Below are positions 41,788-54,330 of a stretch of 64,000 bases of DNA, in pieces. A model generated the notes under the pieces. That model worked only from the letters and a program-made list of their open reading frames with translations. It ran no database searches and had not been told where the DNA came from. Source of the DNA: Octopus sinensis (Eukaryota). The DNA is taken from NCBI RefSeq assembly GCF_006345805.1, contig NC_043015.1, positions 4,092,001-4,156,000 on the forward strand. The letters run 5' to 3'. Each line of letters begins with the position of its first letter. The first letter of the stretch is position 1. The translations under genes were made by a program, and so were the position numbers.

Positions 41788-44265
41788 GTATGTATCTATC
41801 TCTATCTCACATAGTGGTTCAGGAGTGGACGGACGTTGTCTAGACTACTATAAAGGTAATTAAAAAATGTTTGAAAATCATACTTTTCAAGCTAATTTAT
41901 GTCTTCGATATAGTATCACAAGCATAACCTATTATATTCCTTTTCTAATCACTTAAACTTGCCATATCCCGGTTGCATTATTAATTTCATTGAGAATACC
42001 AAAAAGTAATTTTGAAACACGATTGTCACATACCCCCATTTTACACTTGTATGGTTGTAGCCTTTTTAAATCGATGTTTGTACTTTGAATATATTACAGA
42101 ATTAGAGATACTCTGTGTACAGTTTATCATTTCAGTATTTCGATTTTTTATATCAATTCAAATTCATTTTACTCAACATTGATCCTTGTGCATTAAGCAT
42201 AGAAACCTTCCACAGTTTCAGAGCTATTACTTTTGTTCCTAGTTTTAAGGTCATTGTTTTCTTTTATGCTTTAATTGTGACGGAATTTGTATGTATTTTA
42301 AAGAAATATCTTCTGTATTATATCCTTATAAATTAAATAGAAAAAAAAACAATCATTTCTTATTCACGGAGTGAAAAGTAGTATGAAATAACAGTATTTC
42401 ACTTTCTATTACACTGACCTATTTTAAAGGAAAGTATTTTTTTACATCGTTTGTAAAAGAAAGTTAATATTTCCTGATAAACTTTTGAGAAATATTGTTT
42501 CACTTTATAAATTGAGAACTTACATGCATTTAATTTCATCGATCACGCAAATGGAACGGTTCAGGTTTGTTTTTAAAAAATAGTCTAATCACGTCGTCTG
42601 AGGCAAAGTAATATTTTAAAATACGCCATTCTAGGTTTGCACGAGAAGTTTTTACTTAAACTTAAAATTATGGCTATTATAATTATAAATATTATTGATT
42701 ATCAGCTTATTCAAAAAAGCATGTAGTTTTTTTGTATTTTTTAAAGTGGCGTTCAGTTATACCGACTCATCATATTTAACTGGTATTCATTTGCTTGACA
42801 CCGGAACGATAAATTCAAAATCGATCTTGACATTTTGGTATGTTTTTAATAATGATTCATATGATGTATGAAAGAAAAGCATGTGAGATCGTTGACCAGA
42901 AAAGAAACCCATTTGATCTTCATGAAAGATCAAAAAGGCTGCACAGCTTAATAAGGAACCGTTTCCTGTAAGCACGGTACTATTATTGGAAATTTATTGT
43001 AATGTGTCTCTCGAATGCATAAAGAAAATATGTGATTATTACATGTTCTAAGCATTTTTTGTACTATTATTCAATCAATAACAACATCCAGAGATCAATT
43101 TCTATTCAATGTGTTATAATATAGATTCATAATTTGTGGCTCCAGTATTTTCTAACTCTCTCTCTCTCTCCCTTTTTTATCAAAATCAATAAATTGTAAC
43201 TTGAAAACGGTCGTTGAGAAACACGATACAAGAATTTTTTTTATTTTGAATGGCTTCATCAGTAGTTTGTGAATGGCCTTCCCATTCATTAAACCGCTAG
43301 AATATAAATTTTACTGAATAAATATTGTCGAATCAACATATTCTTCTATTTAAAATATAGAGATTTATTCCTGGTATGGTGTAACGTAAAAAAATCATTT
43401 TAGTTTGCAATTTTCCCTAGCTGTATGTTTTCAAAGACATGTGTATGGAATGAAAAGTAAAGGAAAGCAAATGTGCAAACACATAGCGTGGTCAGAAACA
43501 TGCCATATCTTGTTCTTTACATTGGGTACATCTTTCTTAAATGAAACCCTGCGAACGGCTGGATAAAAATCGAAGGATAAAATTGAATTATTGGAGGATG
43601 GGATCTAGAAGAATCTTTAACGTGTTTTCAATTGATGGATTATAAAACTGGTAACACTCGTCAATAACTAGCGTAGATCATGGATCTCGTATGTGAAAAG
43701 GATAGAGATTTATGTCTTCAGGTATCATTTAAAGAAATATTATCACATACACTGTAGCCATTCTGTGGCTGATGGCATAAGTCTTACGTCTCATCAATCA
43801 AGCATTACGACGCTCTTAACAACAGTACGAGGAGTGTGGGGCGGTATCAGAGCGATAAAAGCTGTCTCGAACGACACAGACAGATGGAAGAAAAAATACG
43901 TTCGTGTCACTTTTGTAGGCTTTATAATACAATCGTAGGCCGAGATATATTCAGAGCATACAGTTCTTTTAAAAGAATGATTCTGCTGTCTGAAAGAAAT
44001 AGCCAGTTAAGAGATATAGTCTGGAAGATGAACCCTTTCAATATAATACAAGTGCTTTTCCATGTAAAGAAAGTAAATCTGACATAAAGTAAACAACAAG
44101 GGTTCAATCCATAAACAATACGATGATTCCAGGTTGCATATGCAACACTATGCAATTGTGGCAGTGGAAACACGTATAGAGACGGAAAATATGCTGTAAA
44201 TAACAGTGAAATAATATTATATTAATATCATTAACATTATTAATGTTATATATATGTTATATATA

Positions 44266-44303
44266 GGTGCAGGAGTGGCTGTGTGGTAAGTAGCTTGCTA
44301 ACA
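44266..44303 (+). mobile_element. 5' head of a SINE family A copy, interrupted by an insertion
   Basis: ggtgcaggagtggctgtgtggtaagtagcttgctaaca; continues at 46512. Confidence 0.9.
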
Positions 44304-44930
44304 GTTGCTTCTGCGCATGTGCGAGTCAGTGTTGTGTTTGGCACTGAAGCGGTGAAGACGTGCTTTTGAAGCCGTCTTGAATTGAAAATTTTGGAAGCCC
44401 CATTGTAAGGTAATATTCTGTTTTCTTGGTCCAGTGGGAGTTTTTGTTGAAAATTGTTTTTTACAGGCAGGAAGTCCTACTAGATTCAGAATTCTGATTC
44501 TGGCGACATGGGGCAAATATATTTTTCTCGTTGAATTGTGAAATTTTGGGGGGCGTATCCGTCTTCGATAAATTGAGTGCAATTTTTTCTCACCTAATTG
44601 TGAAATTGTTTGTGCTGTGAAGAACTTTTATGAATTGTAAAAACTGCTATATAGGAGACTATTTTGCCTCCGAAGTTTGAACAATTTTTACCAATTTTAC
44701 ACCATTTTTCTGGAAGTTGTGTTCCAGTTGCGGCGTTCCTAGTTCAATTTAGGCCGGGAGTACCGAATGGCCAGAAGGGTTTTTTGCTGTATTATTGACT
44801 TTCTTTTCAACTTTATTTGACTTTCTTTTTAACTTTATGTGACTTTCTCCTTTTTTCACTGTGACCTTCTTCTGATTTCCTTTTCTTCTCGTTTCATTCT
44901 GAATACATTTAAAAAAAAACAAAAAAAAAC

Positions 44931-46166
44931 ATGGCAATGAAAAATAAGAAACTTTTGGAATGGGAGATCATACCGCCTAAAAAGTGTTTAAAAGACCGTG
45001 AAGATAGGATGTGTGGTGTTGAGAACCTACTCCAAGTCACTCGACACCATCGCCCTATTCGAAAAGACGGCAATTGAAAAGGAGTTGGAAGAGTATTTGC
45101 AAACAATTAAATTATTTCCAGGGGTGTCAAATATGCAACGGTGTGGTTGCTATTTGACACCCCTGAAGAGGCTTGCAAATTTGCTAGCAAAACCCCGGAG
45201 GGTAAGGAAATTTTATTCCTGCCCAGGTACAAAAAAGAAATTGATGAAAGCTTGGATTTTCGGGCTGCCACCCGGGATAGAACCCGAGTGGATAGAGGAG
45301 ACTATCCGCCGGGGTCTGGGTGGCAGCGAAACTAAGCTCCTTAATGTAAAAGTTCTTCCTGCGGCTGCTTGGGTTGGGTCAAAAGCAATTTTGACCCTGT
45401 GGACCCAATCAGCCAATCTGGTTCTTCCAGATTTTTTGAAAATGGCCGGGTGCAGGTACCCGGTGATGCTTGAGGGTCGCCCCCCTAAGTGTCATCGCTG
45501 CTTGGAGTCCGGCCACATAAAGAAGAACTGTCCCCGGGAACAAAATAGTATCCCGGAACAGTTAAGTAAAACCCCTCTAGAAGAGGGAATGATAACGGCC
45601 AAGAAAACAGAGGACTCCTCAAACAGAGGCCGAAAGAGGAAGGTGAGCAACAATGGGTGCTCACCAAAGGATAATAGGGATGAGGAGAGGAAGACGAATC
45701 TTCCAGACACGGAGGAGACGCACCCTCCCTCAGTTGAAAATGGAAAAAAAAAGAAAAAGAGGAAGAAAAACGGGACATTACTGGCTGTCAGTGACATAGC
45801 ACCGAATGTCCCGGAACTACGCGGTTGGGGTTGTGCCACCGACAAGAGAAGGAATACCGTTGGCGGGAACTGTGCCGCCAACGAAGAACTGAACGTATTG
45901 GTCTCTTCTTCTATAGGCGGAGAAATTGAAAAGGTGATGGAAGAGCACACAAGGGAGCACCTTTAGCCTTCACACAGGACCCCGAATGGCCTCCGCAGGT
46001 AGCTGTGGAGGCCGTGGCGTTCGACGTGACGCTTGGGCTAAAGGAGCTCAATGAAGATTATAACTTGGTCCCGGGCGACGCTAACTCGGAACTTGATTAC
46101 GTTCTGAGGGAGGCGTGGTTGATGGTGGAGGGCGCGGGGCACAGCTATTTCGAGGACGATATGTAA
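44931..46166 (+). pseudogene. Tx1/L1-type ORF1 (gag-like nucleic-acid-binding protein, ~411 aa reconstructed) with CX2CX4HX4C knuckle
   Basis: EGRPPKCHRCLESGHIKKNCP at ~45470-45535. ATG 44931 and TAA 46164-46166 share a frame; the best reading needs four inferred frame switches. Confidence 0.75.
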
Positions 46167-46180
46167 TTATTGAACTGTTA

Positions 46181-46326
46181 TTATTAGTAATGGACTGCTA
46201 AGTCCAAAAATTGAAAAGATTGTAAGAGGTTTAATACCTCGTTTTGTGTTTACTTTTATTAGTAATGGACTGCTAAGTCCAAAAATTGGAAAAATGTAAG
46301 AGGTTTAATACCTCATTTTGTGTTTA
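46181..46326 (+). repeat. Two tandem ~75-bp copies in the element's 3' UTR
   Basis: ttattagtaatggactgctaagtcc... at 46181 and 46256. Confidence 0.92.
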
Positions 46327-46495
46327 TCTTTAAAAAGAACAATGTTTTAGAGAAGCAAAAGTCGGCGAGCGCTTTCTGTCTTCTCCCATCCTTATCATCT
46401 TTCTTTCATTATAATTCTCTTCATTAATGTCCTCGCCCAGCCCGCAAAGCTAACTTAATCTGTGTACTGCCTTTATGGCAAATGTTTTGAAATAA

Positions 46496-46870
46496 AGTAG
46501 CTTGCTAACAAACCACATGGTTCCGGGTTCAGTCCCACTGCGTGGCATCTTGGGCAAGTGTCTTCTGCTATAGCCTCGGGCCGACCAATGCCTTGTGACT
46601 CGATTTGGTAGACGGAAACTGAAAGAAGCCTGTCGTATATATGTATATATATGTTTGTGTGTCTGTGTTTGTCCCTCTAGCATTGGTTGACAAACGATGC
46701 TGGTGTGTTTACGTCCCCGTCACTTAGCGGTTCGGCAAAAGAGACCGATAGATTAAGTATTGGGCTTACAAAAAATAAGCCCCGGGGTCGATTTGCTCGA
46801 CTAAAGGCGGTGCTCCAGCATGGCCGCAGTCAAATGACTGAAACAAGTAAAAGAGAGAAAAGAGAGAAAT
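46496..46870 (+). mobile_element. Remainder of the interrupted SINE family A copy
   Basis: Resumes aaccacatggttccgggttcagtcc... through to gaaacaagtaaaagag. Confidence 0.92.
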
Positions 46871-46968
46871 ACCTGTGGCATTTGCGTATTTTTTAAAACA
46901 CTTGTTTCACATTTATGTGCTTACTCTGGTATATATATATTTGTAAGTATGTATGTATGTGTGTGTGT

Positions 46969-47007
<39 letters not shown>

Positions 47008-47418
47008 CACATAATGGCATCGGCATTAATTTTTAATATATGTGATTGGACAAGTATTTGTTTGATGAGAGAAATGTAGAAAGTGTGAGGCATCACTATA
47101 TGGTCGCTACCCCTTAATCTTTTAGTCTTCTCCGCCGAATTTAAAATTAGAAAGAAGAAATTTATCTTGACTTAATACACTTCATTAGATTAAATTATGA
47201 CACATTGGCATTCCGGTGTTTAATTCGCCAGATTTCAAACAGCTGATTTTGAAAAAAAAGAACCACAATGAATAAATAGACGGCGCCTGGTTCCCATGAC
47301 AACGTATTTGAAAATGTGTAATGTACGTATGTATGCAAGTAGTGATCTCTCTGTCTCTCTATTTCTCTTTCTCATTCTTTCTCGCTATCTCTCTCTCTCT
47401 CTTCTTCCTTTGTATTCC

Positions 47419-47545
47419 TTTCAGTTAAAGAGCGTAGGCTCGAAACGTAAAAAAACTTTCTCATTTCGCGAGCGTGACACTAACACAGCTGCTTGTTGTT
47501 TATACACGTGACTTTGTCTTTTCTTTTTCTGTAAATTTCAACTAT
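47419..47545 (+). mobile_element. Short microsatellite-flanked repeat with degenerate hammerhead-like motif
   Basis: ttt-CAGTTAA-a.gagc.gtag.gctc-GAAA-cg-TA-aaa; stems are intact but the core is degenerate. Confidence 0.35.
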
Positions 47546-47618
47546 ATACCTATATGTCTGTCTGTCTGTCTATTTATCTATTTATCTATCTATCTACCTA
47601 TGTATCTATGTATCTATG

Positions 47619-47652
<34 letters not shown>

Positions 47653-47662
47653 TGTATATATA

Positions 47663-47693
<31 letters not shown>

Positions 47694-49681
47694 GATATAT
47701 ATTATATATATATAATATATATATATATATATCTATATCACCACCACCACGTGACTGACCAGTCCATCAGATGTAGTTACACATCGCTGATCACATGCGT
47801 TCGCATTGTTTTAGCCTTCGAATGACGCCACCCAGCTGGCTAAGCGAGCAGGCCAATATATATATATATATATAATATATATTTATGCATACATAAATAT
47901 GTATATATATGCAAATATGTATGCAGATGTATATGTATATCATTTATTTGTATTATTTTTTATGCGGAGATGTGGCAGAAACTTTAGCAATCCAGACAAA
48001 TTCTCTTTCTCCGTTTCCTGATCAATAAAATAATAACCATCGCGTTCTGGACTCGACGTAATCTGTTAGTCCTGCCAACATAATTCTTAATCTCGACCCC
48101 AAAATTTAAAACTAGTATTTGTAGCCAAAGGAGTTTATAACGCAATATATCATGTTTACATGTAAAACATTTCAGTAATCTTCTAAGTGTGCGATAATTA
48201 TTTCCATTGTTATGATTATTACTGTTTTTATTACTGGCATATCGATAATTTTAGCAAATTTCACTCTCAGGGTATTTGTTAGCGTGAGACTATAGCAGAA
48301 GATTGAACTCATATGGTGAGATTGAAGCATGGTTGCATAGTGATCCTCCTGACCACATAACTAACGTTGCATCTTAGTATTTTTCTTATTTGCTAGAGAA
48401 AATATAAGTTGCCAAAAACAAAATTAAAAAAAAACATGAAGTTTTTTCTTTGCTTTTACTCTCTAATATGGATTTTCATTAGCACGAGTTTTTTTAACAT
48501 TACTGCTTACGTAAGTTGTGTTCAATTACATAAACCAAAATGATTAATATTCAGCGTTGATTTGGTAGACTTGGTGTTTGTATATAACAATATCTGATTT
48601 TGTCGAGCTGCCTCAATTCTTAATTTTGCCGAATTGCTCTACTCATGTCTCGAAGTTGCGTAATAGTTTCTATATCGAAAATTAATATTCGCAATTAGAT
48701 TACATAATAGTACGGAAATTTATGCTAGTATGCATTTTTTCATACGAAATGGAGCAGCTGCTCAGTTAATTAATCTCGCTGGTGATATACTCTAGAATTA
48801 TACTTCTGCTAATATGAGTCAACTGTGAACGTTAGAATATAAATGCAATACTTTCTTGAAAGGTATAATTTTAACTACCGATAATACTATTGATAAACCA
48901 AATACGTCTGTCCTAATTTCCAAATTTAGTAGGGAAATATTACGAGGTGGTGGAAATGAAAGGTGCTAGAACATTATTCAACATGAAAATATGACAAAAG
49001 TAGGCATTTCTTTTTATTTCAAAAATTTCAGTTTCATTTTATCCATTTGTTTAAATATAACATTGGAAAATCCCGTACGCTTTTTAAGCCCGTTCTCAAC
49101 GTTTTACATATGAAACGTCTGGAGATGCATGCCAGAATGTCGCATAGATAAAAGATTATCGATCTACTGATGACGTTCGTCAATTCCAGTCATTCTGTAT
49201 AAGATGCGGACCTGTCTCAAATGCGGATTTTGAACATCTATCTTGCTGCAACTGATTTAAGGACGGAAATATCTTACTGTGTGCAGCATAGATTTATAGT
49301 TTCGGATTAGCTATAAATTTCAATATAATTTCCTTTCACGAAAATATAGTTTATTTTAGTAAATATTCTCTTCCGGTTCTCCATATCATAGTCAATTGAC
49401 TAAGTAAGCTCTCGTCTGATAGCTGCAGTCCATAGAAAATAAGTCTCCATCAGTGATAGATCGTCCATAAATTCCAATGATTGCGAGTGTTCCATTAAAC
49501 GTGACGGAGATAAACGCTATATTGTATTTGTATTTTTGGTAATCAGATGAAATGGATGATAACAATAGACCTGCCCGATTCTTTAGTAGAATGTTTCACT
49601 GATAATTCTTATATGCTGTGCTATTTTAAATCATGATCAGAAAATCTCCTTCTATGGCGTGTTTCGTAATAAAATGCATAG

Positions 49682-49781
49682 NNNNNNNNNNNNNNNNNNN
49701 NNNNNNNNNNNNNNNNNNNNNNNNNNNNNNNNNNNNNNNNNNNNNNNNNNNNNNNNNNNNNNNNNNNNNNNNNNNNNNNNN
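49682..49781. other. Assembly gap (100 N)
   Basis: Run of N. Confidence 1.
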
Positions 49782-50318
49782 TTGATGATTTAAAACTGTT
49801 CAGCTTTGGTTTACATTTTTAATAAATTAATTTTCTCATTAATTCTTCTTTGATCTGAGGAATTGTCTGCATATTGATAAAATACAACAGAAATTTCAAA
49901 TATAGTGTTTCCCCACATATGCCCAGATTTACACTAATTGTAATTTGTCTTGTCCACGGATCTCGTATTTCTTGCTGATGATTTGTTCACCCCATTCTTA
50001 AAGTGAATTAAATTTATCCAATTTCATCATACCTGCATCTATCGTATTCCAGCGGATATATACATTCTTCAAAGATAAATAGTTTTTATAACAAAGGCCA
50101 AATAAACATAATTCGCGACACATCTTCATATAATGAACACTTTTAAACATCTGACGTGAAACTCGGGAGCAGTATACCTATACTTCGAAAGCTAATTGAT
50201 TTTAATTAATTGTGATATATTCTCTGTGCATATGCAACATTATTGTTTCTATACTTCCATTTTATTAGAGTAAAATTGTCCATATATATTGGTAGAAGGA
50301 AACTGAAAGAAGCCGACG

Positions 50319-50371
<53 letters not shown>

Positions 50372-51831
50372 ATAAATGAGTGTGCAAAATAGCGCCTACA
50401 ATTGCTAGAAACGAGAGCCAAAATTTGACTGAAACAGGCACACAAAAGCATTAACCTCATGAAATATTCGCGACTGTGAGTAACAAGCCATAACATGAGA
50501 CTTTGATGAGATACACTAAATGAATGAAGTACTTTGATAAACTCTTATCAAGTAGTTTCGAAATTTAATCAATACGATCTTGTTTCTAGTCAATTTTTTC
50601 CACAGTAAATCCTGCTTATTATTTCATGAGAAAGAACCACTGAAATGAGAGAACTAAAATTCAAAACAGTGAAATATATAGTAACATACAATACGATCTT
50701 ATTATAATATTTTAATATATTAAATACATTATAATATAGGCGGCTATAGCAATTAAAACCAAAAGGGTAAATTAATAAATAAGAGGGGAAAATATCACCT
50801 ACAATTGTTAGAAATGAGAGCCAAAATAACATATAAAGATATATTAGTATAGTATTAATTTATATTTGTGGAATATATTACTATATATTTATAAACGTGT
50901 GTGTGTCTGTATGTGTACTTTGATACATATACATATATACGTGTTTGTGTGTATATGTGTGTATCCTCGTGTTTGCGTTCGTCCCCGCAACGGGCATTCT
51001 GTTTAACTCCCTGTAAGTTAGTGGATCGACTAAAGATCAATAGAATAAATAACGGGTTTCAAAACGGACTGTTGTCGATTCATTGACATAAAAATTCTAG
51101 GCGGTAGGAAACTTTGTCAGCAGTGACTTCTTACATATTGAAAAGGGCAGTCAAAAATCAAAACAACGACAATAAGAATTCTGAAAACACGCTGCTAATA
51201 GGCACCAGAGTGAACAGAAGATTAGTTCACCCTATAACTGGATTTCACTATTAATGAACAAATAAATTAGGCACCCTTATGCCATCAGTTGTGTCGCAAA
51301 ATACGCATAATTATGTAGCTATAATACGCAGTAAACGAAGTTAGCGGCTCCGACTCTATGCATTATGGATTCAAACTTAATGTCCGAGCGTAGTCATAAC
51401 AGTACAGTAGTAAATAAAATTCCGCTGTGTACTACACGGCCTAAGAATTGAAAGATTTACTGCAAAAGTATAAGGGTAAAAGTTATTAGAATAATTTACT
51501 GCAAGTGGTTCGCCTGCATCCTACTCCCACTATTTACTTCATGCTAGTGAAAAAACTGCATCATTCATCAGATGATTCAATACATGCAGACATATACATC
51601 TATATATATAATATATTTTATTATATATCTATATATATATATATATATATATAAATACATTATACATATATATAATATATATACATACACACACGTATAT
51701 ATATATTATATATAGGGGTATAATATATATATATATATATACCTACACACAACAAATATATATATTATACATACATATACATATATATATATACATACAC
51801 AACGTATATATATATACACACACACAAATAT

Positions 51832-51937
<106 letters not shown>

Positions 51938-53016
51938 TGTATATACATATATATATATATATATATATAGAAAAACACATATATATTTAATATACAGACT
52001 GAGTGAGATACACATAGTCAAACACAACATATAATGCGTGTATGCACAGAGAGGAATTAGTGTTGCAGAATTTTATTATGATGCATTCATCTCATATTGC
52101 TATATGTTGGAGAAGGCGTACAGCGCCTACCTGTTATAATCTAAGAATATCTCGAGAGAACAGACAAATTAATACTGTACAAATATCTAAACATATGTGA
52201 TGATGATCTCAAAACGAATATTTCGAGTTGACGTCATCATATAGTCTGGAAGAAAAAAATATCGTTTGTTTTATCATTGTAGAATTTACTTAAGCGCAGG
52301 TGCTCTTTTTTGACACTGAGACAAATGTATTTGCTGACAGGAAATTTCTGAAAATATAAAACAACTGTATTCATAGTATATGATGGGAATTTTTATATTG
52401 TATCACAGCTGTCAACACGATTTTGTAGCACTACTGAATTTAACATTTTGCGAGACTTCAAGATGGACTTTATAGAAGAGGCGTTCGTTGTAGTTGAATT
52501 ACCTGCCACAAAAAAATACCTCGAGGAAAATCTTTGTGAGCAGTACATGAATATAAATTTAATAAAACAACATGGAAACAGAACAAAGATTGCACACGAT
52601 ATAAAACAGAGACAGACTCAAATGACTTCGTGACAAATAACTTTAATGATAACGACTTCGCATTAAAAAAATAAACACAATCCCAGTTATGAACGCATAT
52701 TCACACACACGCGCCTACGATATTACAGTACATATTGACTAAAATCACTCGTAGTGCAAAAGTTAGAGATTTTTGGAGTATAATATATGTAAATGTCAAA
52801 AATATATTAGATGGATTCGAACTCAGGGGTTTTAAAATGATATATCACAAACTTGTGTTTCTTCGCTACAGGAATTCTTTGACTGAACGCCATGATGAAA
52901 CTGGCATAGGTTTGCTTCACAATCAACGCACAACTATAGAATAAAGATGAAACCGATGAGAGATAGTTATAAGAAAAACGTGATAAAGGTCGCAGGAAGG
53001 CGGCAAACTGGCAGGA

Positions 53017-53200
53017 TCTTGCGCACACTGGGCTTCACGGCATTTCATTCATTTTACCTTCTGAATTCATAATCTGTTGAGGTTAATTTTTCCTTTTCAG
53101 CACGTTTGTGGGTCGATAAAATAAGTACTTGTTACACACCTGAGTCGATGTAATCGACTTAGCCCATTATAATCGACTTAGCCTGTTGTAATCGAATTAG
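53017..53200 (+). mobile_element. Degenerate SINE family B copy ending in three 19-bp-period repeats
   Basis: aaggcggcaaactggcagga...gggtcgataaaataagtac; taatcgacttagcc at 53151 and 53170, variant at 53189. Confidence 0.6.
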
Positions 53201-53206
53201 TTGATC

Positions 53207-53207
<1 letters not shown>

Positions 53208-53241
<34 letters not shown>

Positions 53242-53470
53242 TGTGTACAGTGCTCAGGTGCACTACAACTCATCTAAAGTGTATATATAATCAGGTGTAG
53301 TTTCGACGGATTTCGGGAAGCATGAGGGCCTTAAAGATGCAGTGTCATGGCAGTCAACAACTGATGCAGGCAGTGTATTCCACGCTTCAGCAACCCTGAG
53401 CGTGAAAAAATGTTTCCGAAAGTCATGGGAGCTGTGCTGTTTTCTGACTTTGTCGGCATGTCCACGTGTG
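53208..53470 (-). mobile_element. CR1-type LINE 3' end with (ATT)n tail
   Basis: TRGHADKVRKQHSSHDFRKHFFTLRVAEAWNTLPASVV, followed by a short UTR and (ATT)n at 53241-53208. Confidence 0.85.
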
Positions 53471-53719
53471 CCAAAATTTAAGAAGTCGATGTTGCTACTT
53501 AACAAATGGCCGAGTATATTGGCTGTATAATGAGACACTGATTCACATACTGCTAAAAACATTTCGTGTAATGCACCAGCGACAGTATAGAAGAGTGACA
53601 TTCGCATTGGTCATTGATTCTTTGCTCCCGTTGCAGTGTATGCAATATAGCTGCAGTTTGAATGAAAATGTTATTAATAACATATTCTTGTCTGAGTCAT
53701 TAAAAATCTATATGACATA

Positions 53720-54330
53720 ACATACTCAAACACTGTGTTCCTATTCTGAAGTTGTCGGTGTCTGTGAATTCGTAAACATTCGAAATGTGGCTGACAATGC
53801 ACCCGCAATTGCTGGTAGGTTTGCTCTTAATTTATTTTCGTGAAATTATTTTAATTCGAATAATCTCTATCATGAAGTACTCCAAACGAAGTTCTATATT
53901 TATTGTTTTTGTAAATAGTCACTTTAAGGCACACACAAATTGTAATTCTGCGATATATTTTACTCTAGTAAGTATTGTTATATCTTAATTATTTTCAGTC
54001 GTTATTGTATCACGCTATGCATTTCCGAATGAATTTAATTGATGTTTCAGGAGGAATGCATTTGATGTTATCACTTGTATTTGATATTTTATCTTACTGG
54101 GTGGTTCATCTAGTCATTGTTATTCTGCAGGTGGTACAGGCCTTATCTTTCTGGTTTTATCTCAGATCTTTTGAGCCGACAATATTTTCACCGGTTTGTT
54201 TATTTTAAATCTAGTTTTTGCCATTTTCCCATGGAGTGTTTTCCTCTCCATTCTTCTTCATTATGTATTGGAGATTCATTTTGGCTTTGACGTTCACTTG
54301 TCATGTATTTTATGTCGTTTTTACCCGTTA
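53720..54330 (-). pseudogene. Possible old R4/Dong-type relic
   Basis: Weak motifs WRGKHSMGK, RLKRSEIKPER*GL, PAIAGAL. Confidence 0.3.

Larger units (their letters stand above)
44304..46495 (+). mobile_element. Complete ORF1-only (HAL1-like) non-LTR retroposon with 16-bp TSD
   Basis: TSD aagtagcttgctaaca at 44288-44303 and 46496-46511; ~630-bp 5' region, gag-like ORF, ~330-bp 3' region ending aaaata(aa); no RT or endonuclease. Confidence 0.85.

Noticed and set aside
45485-45950. 152-aa and 97-aa minus-strand ORFs
   Set aside because: Antisense shadows of the GC-richer ORF1
49100-49530. Possible LINE endonuclease relic (LAIIGIYGR..., IDNLLS) on the minus strand
   Set aside because: Motifs are too weak and the catalytic GDFN-type motif was not found
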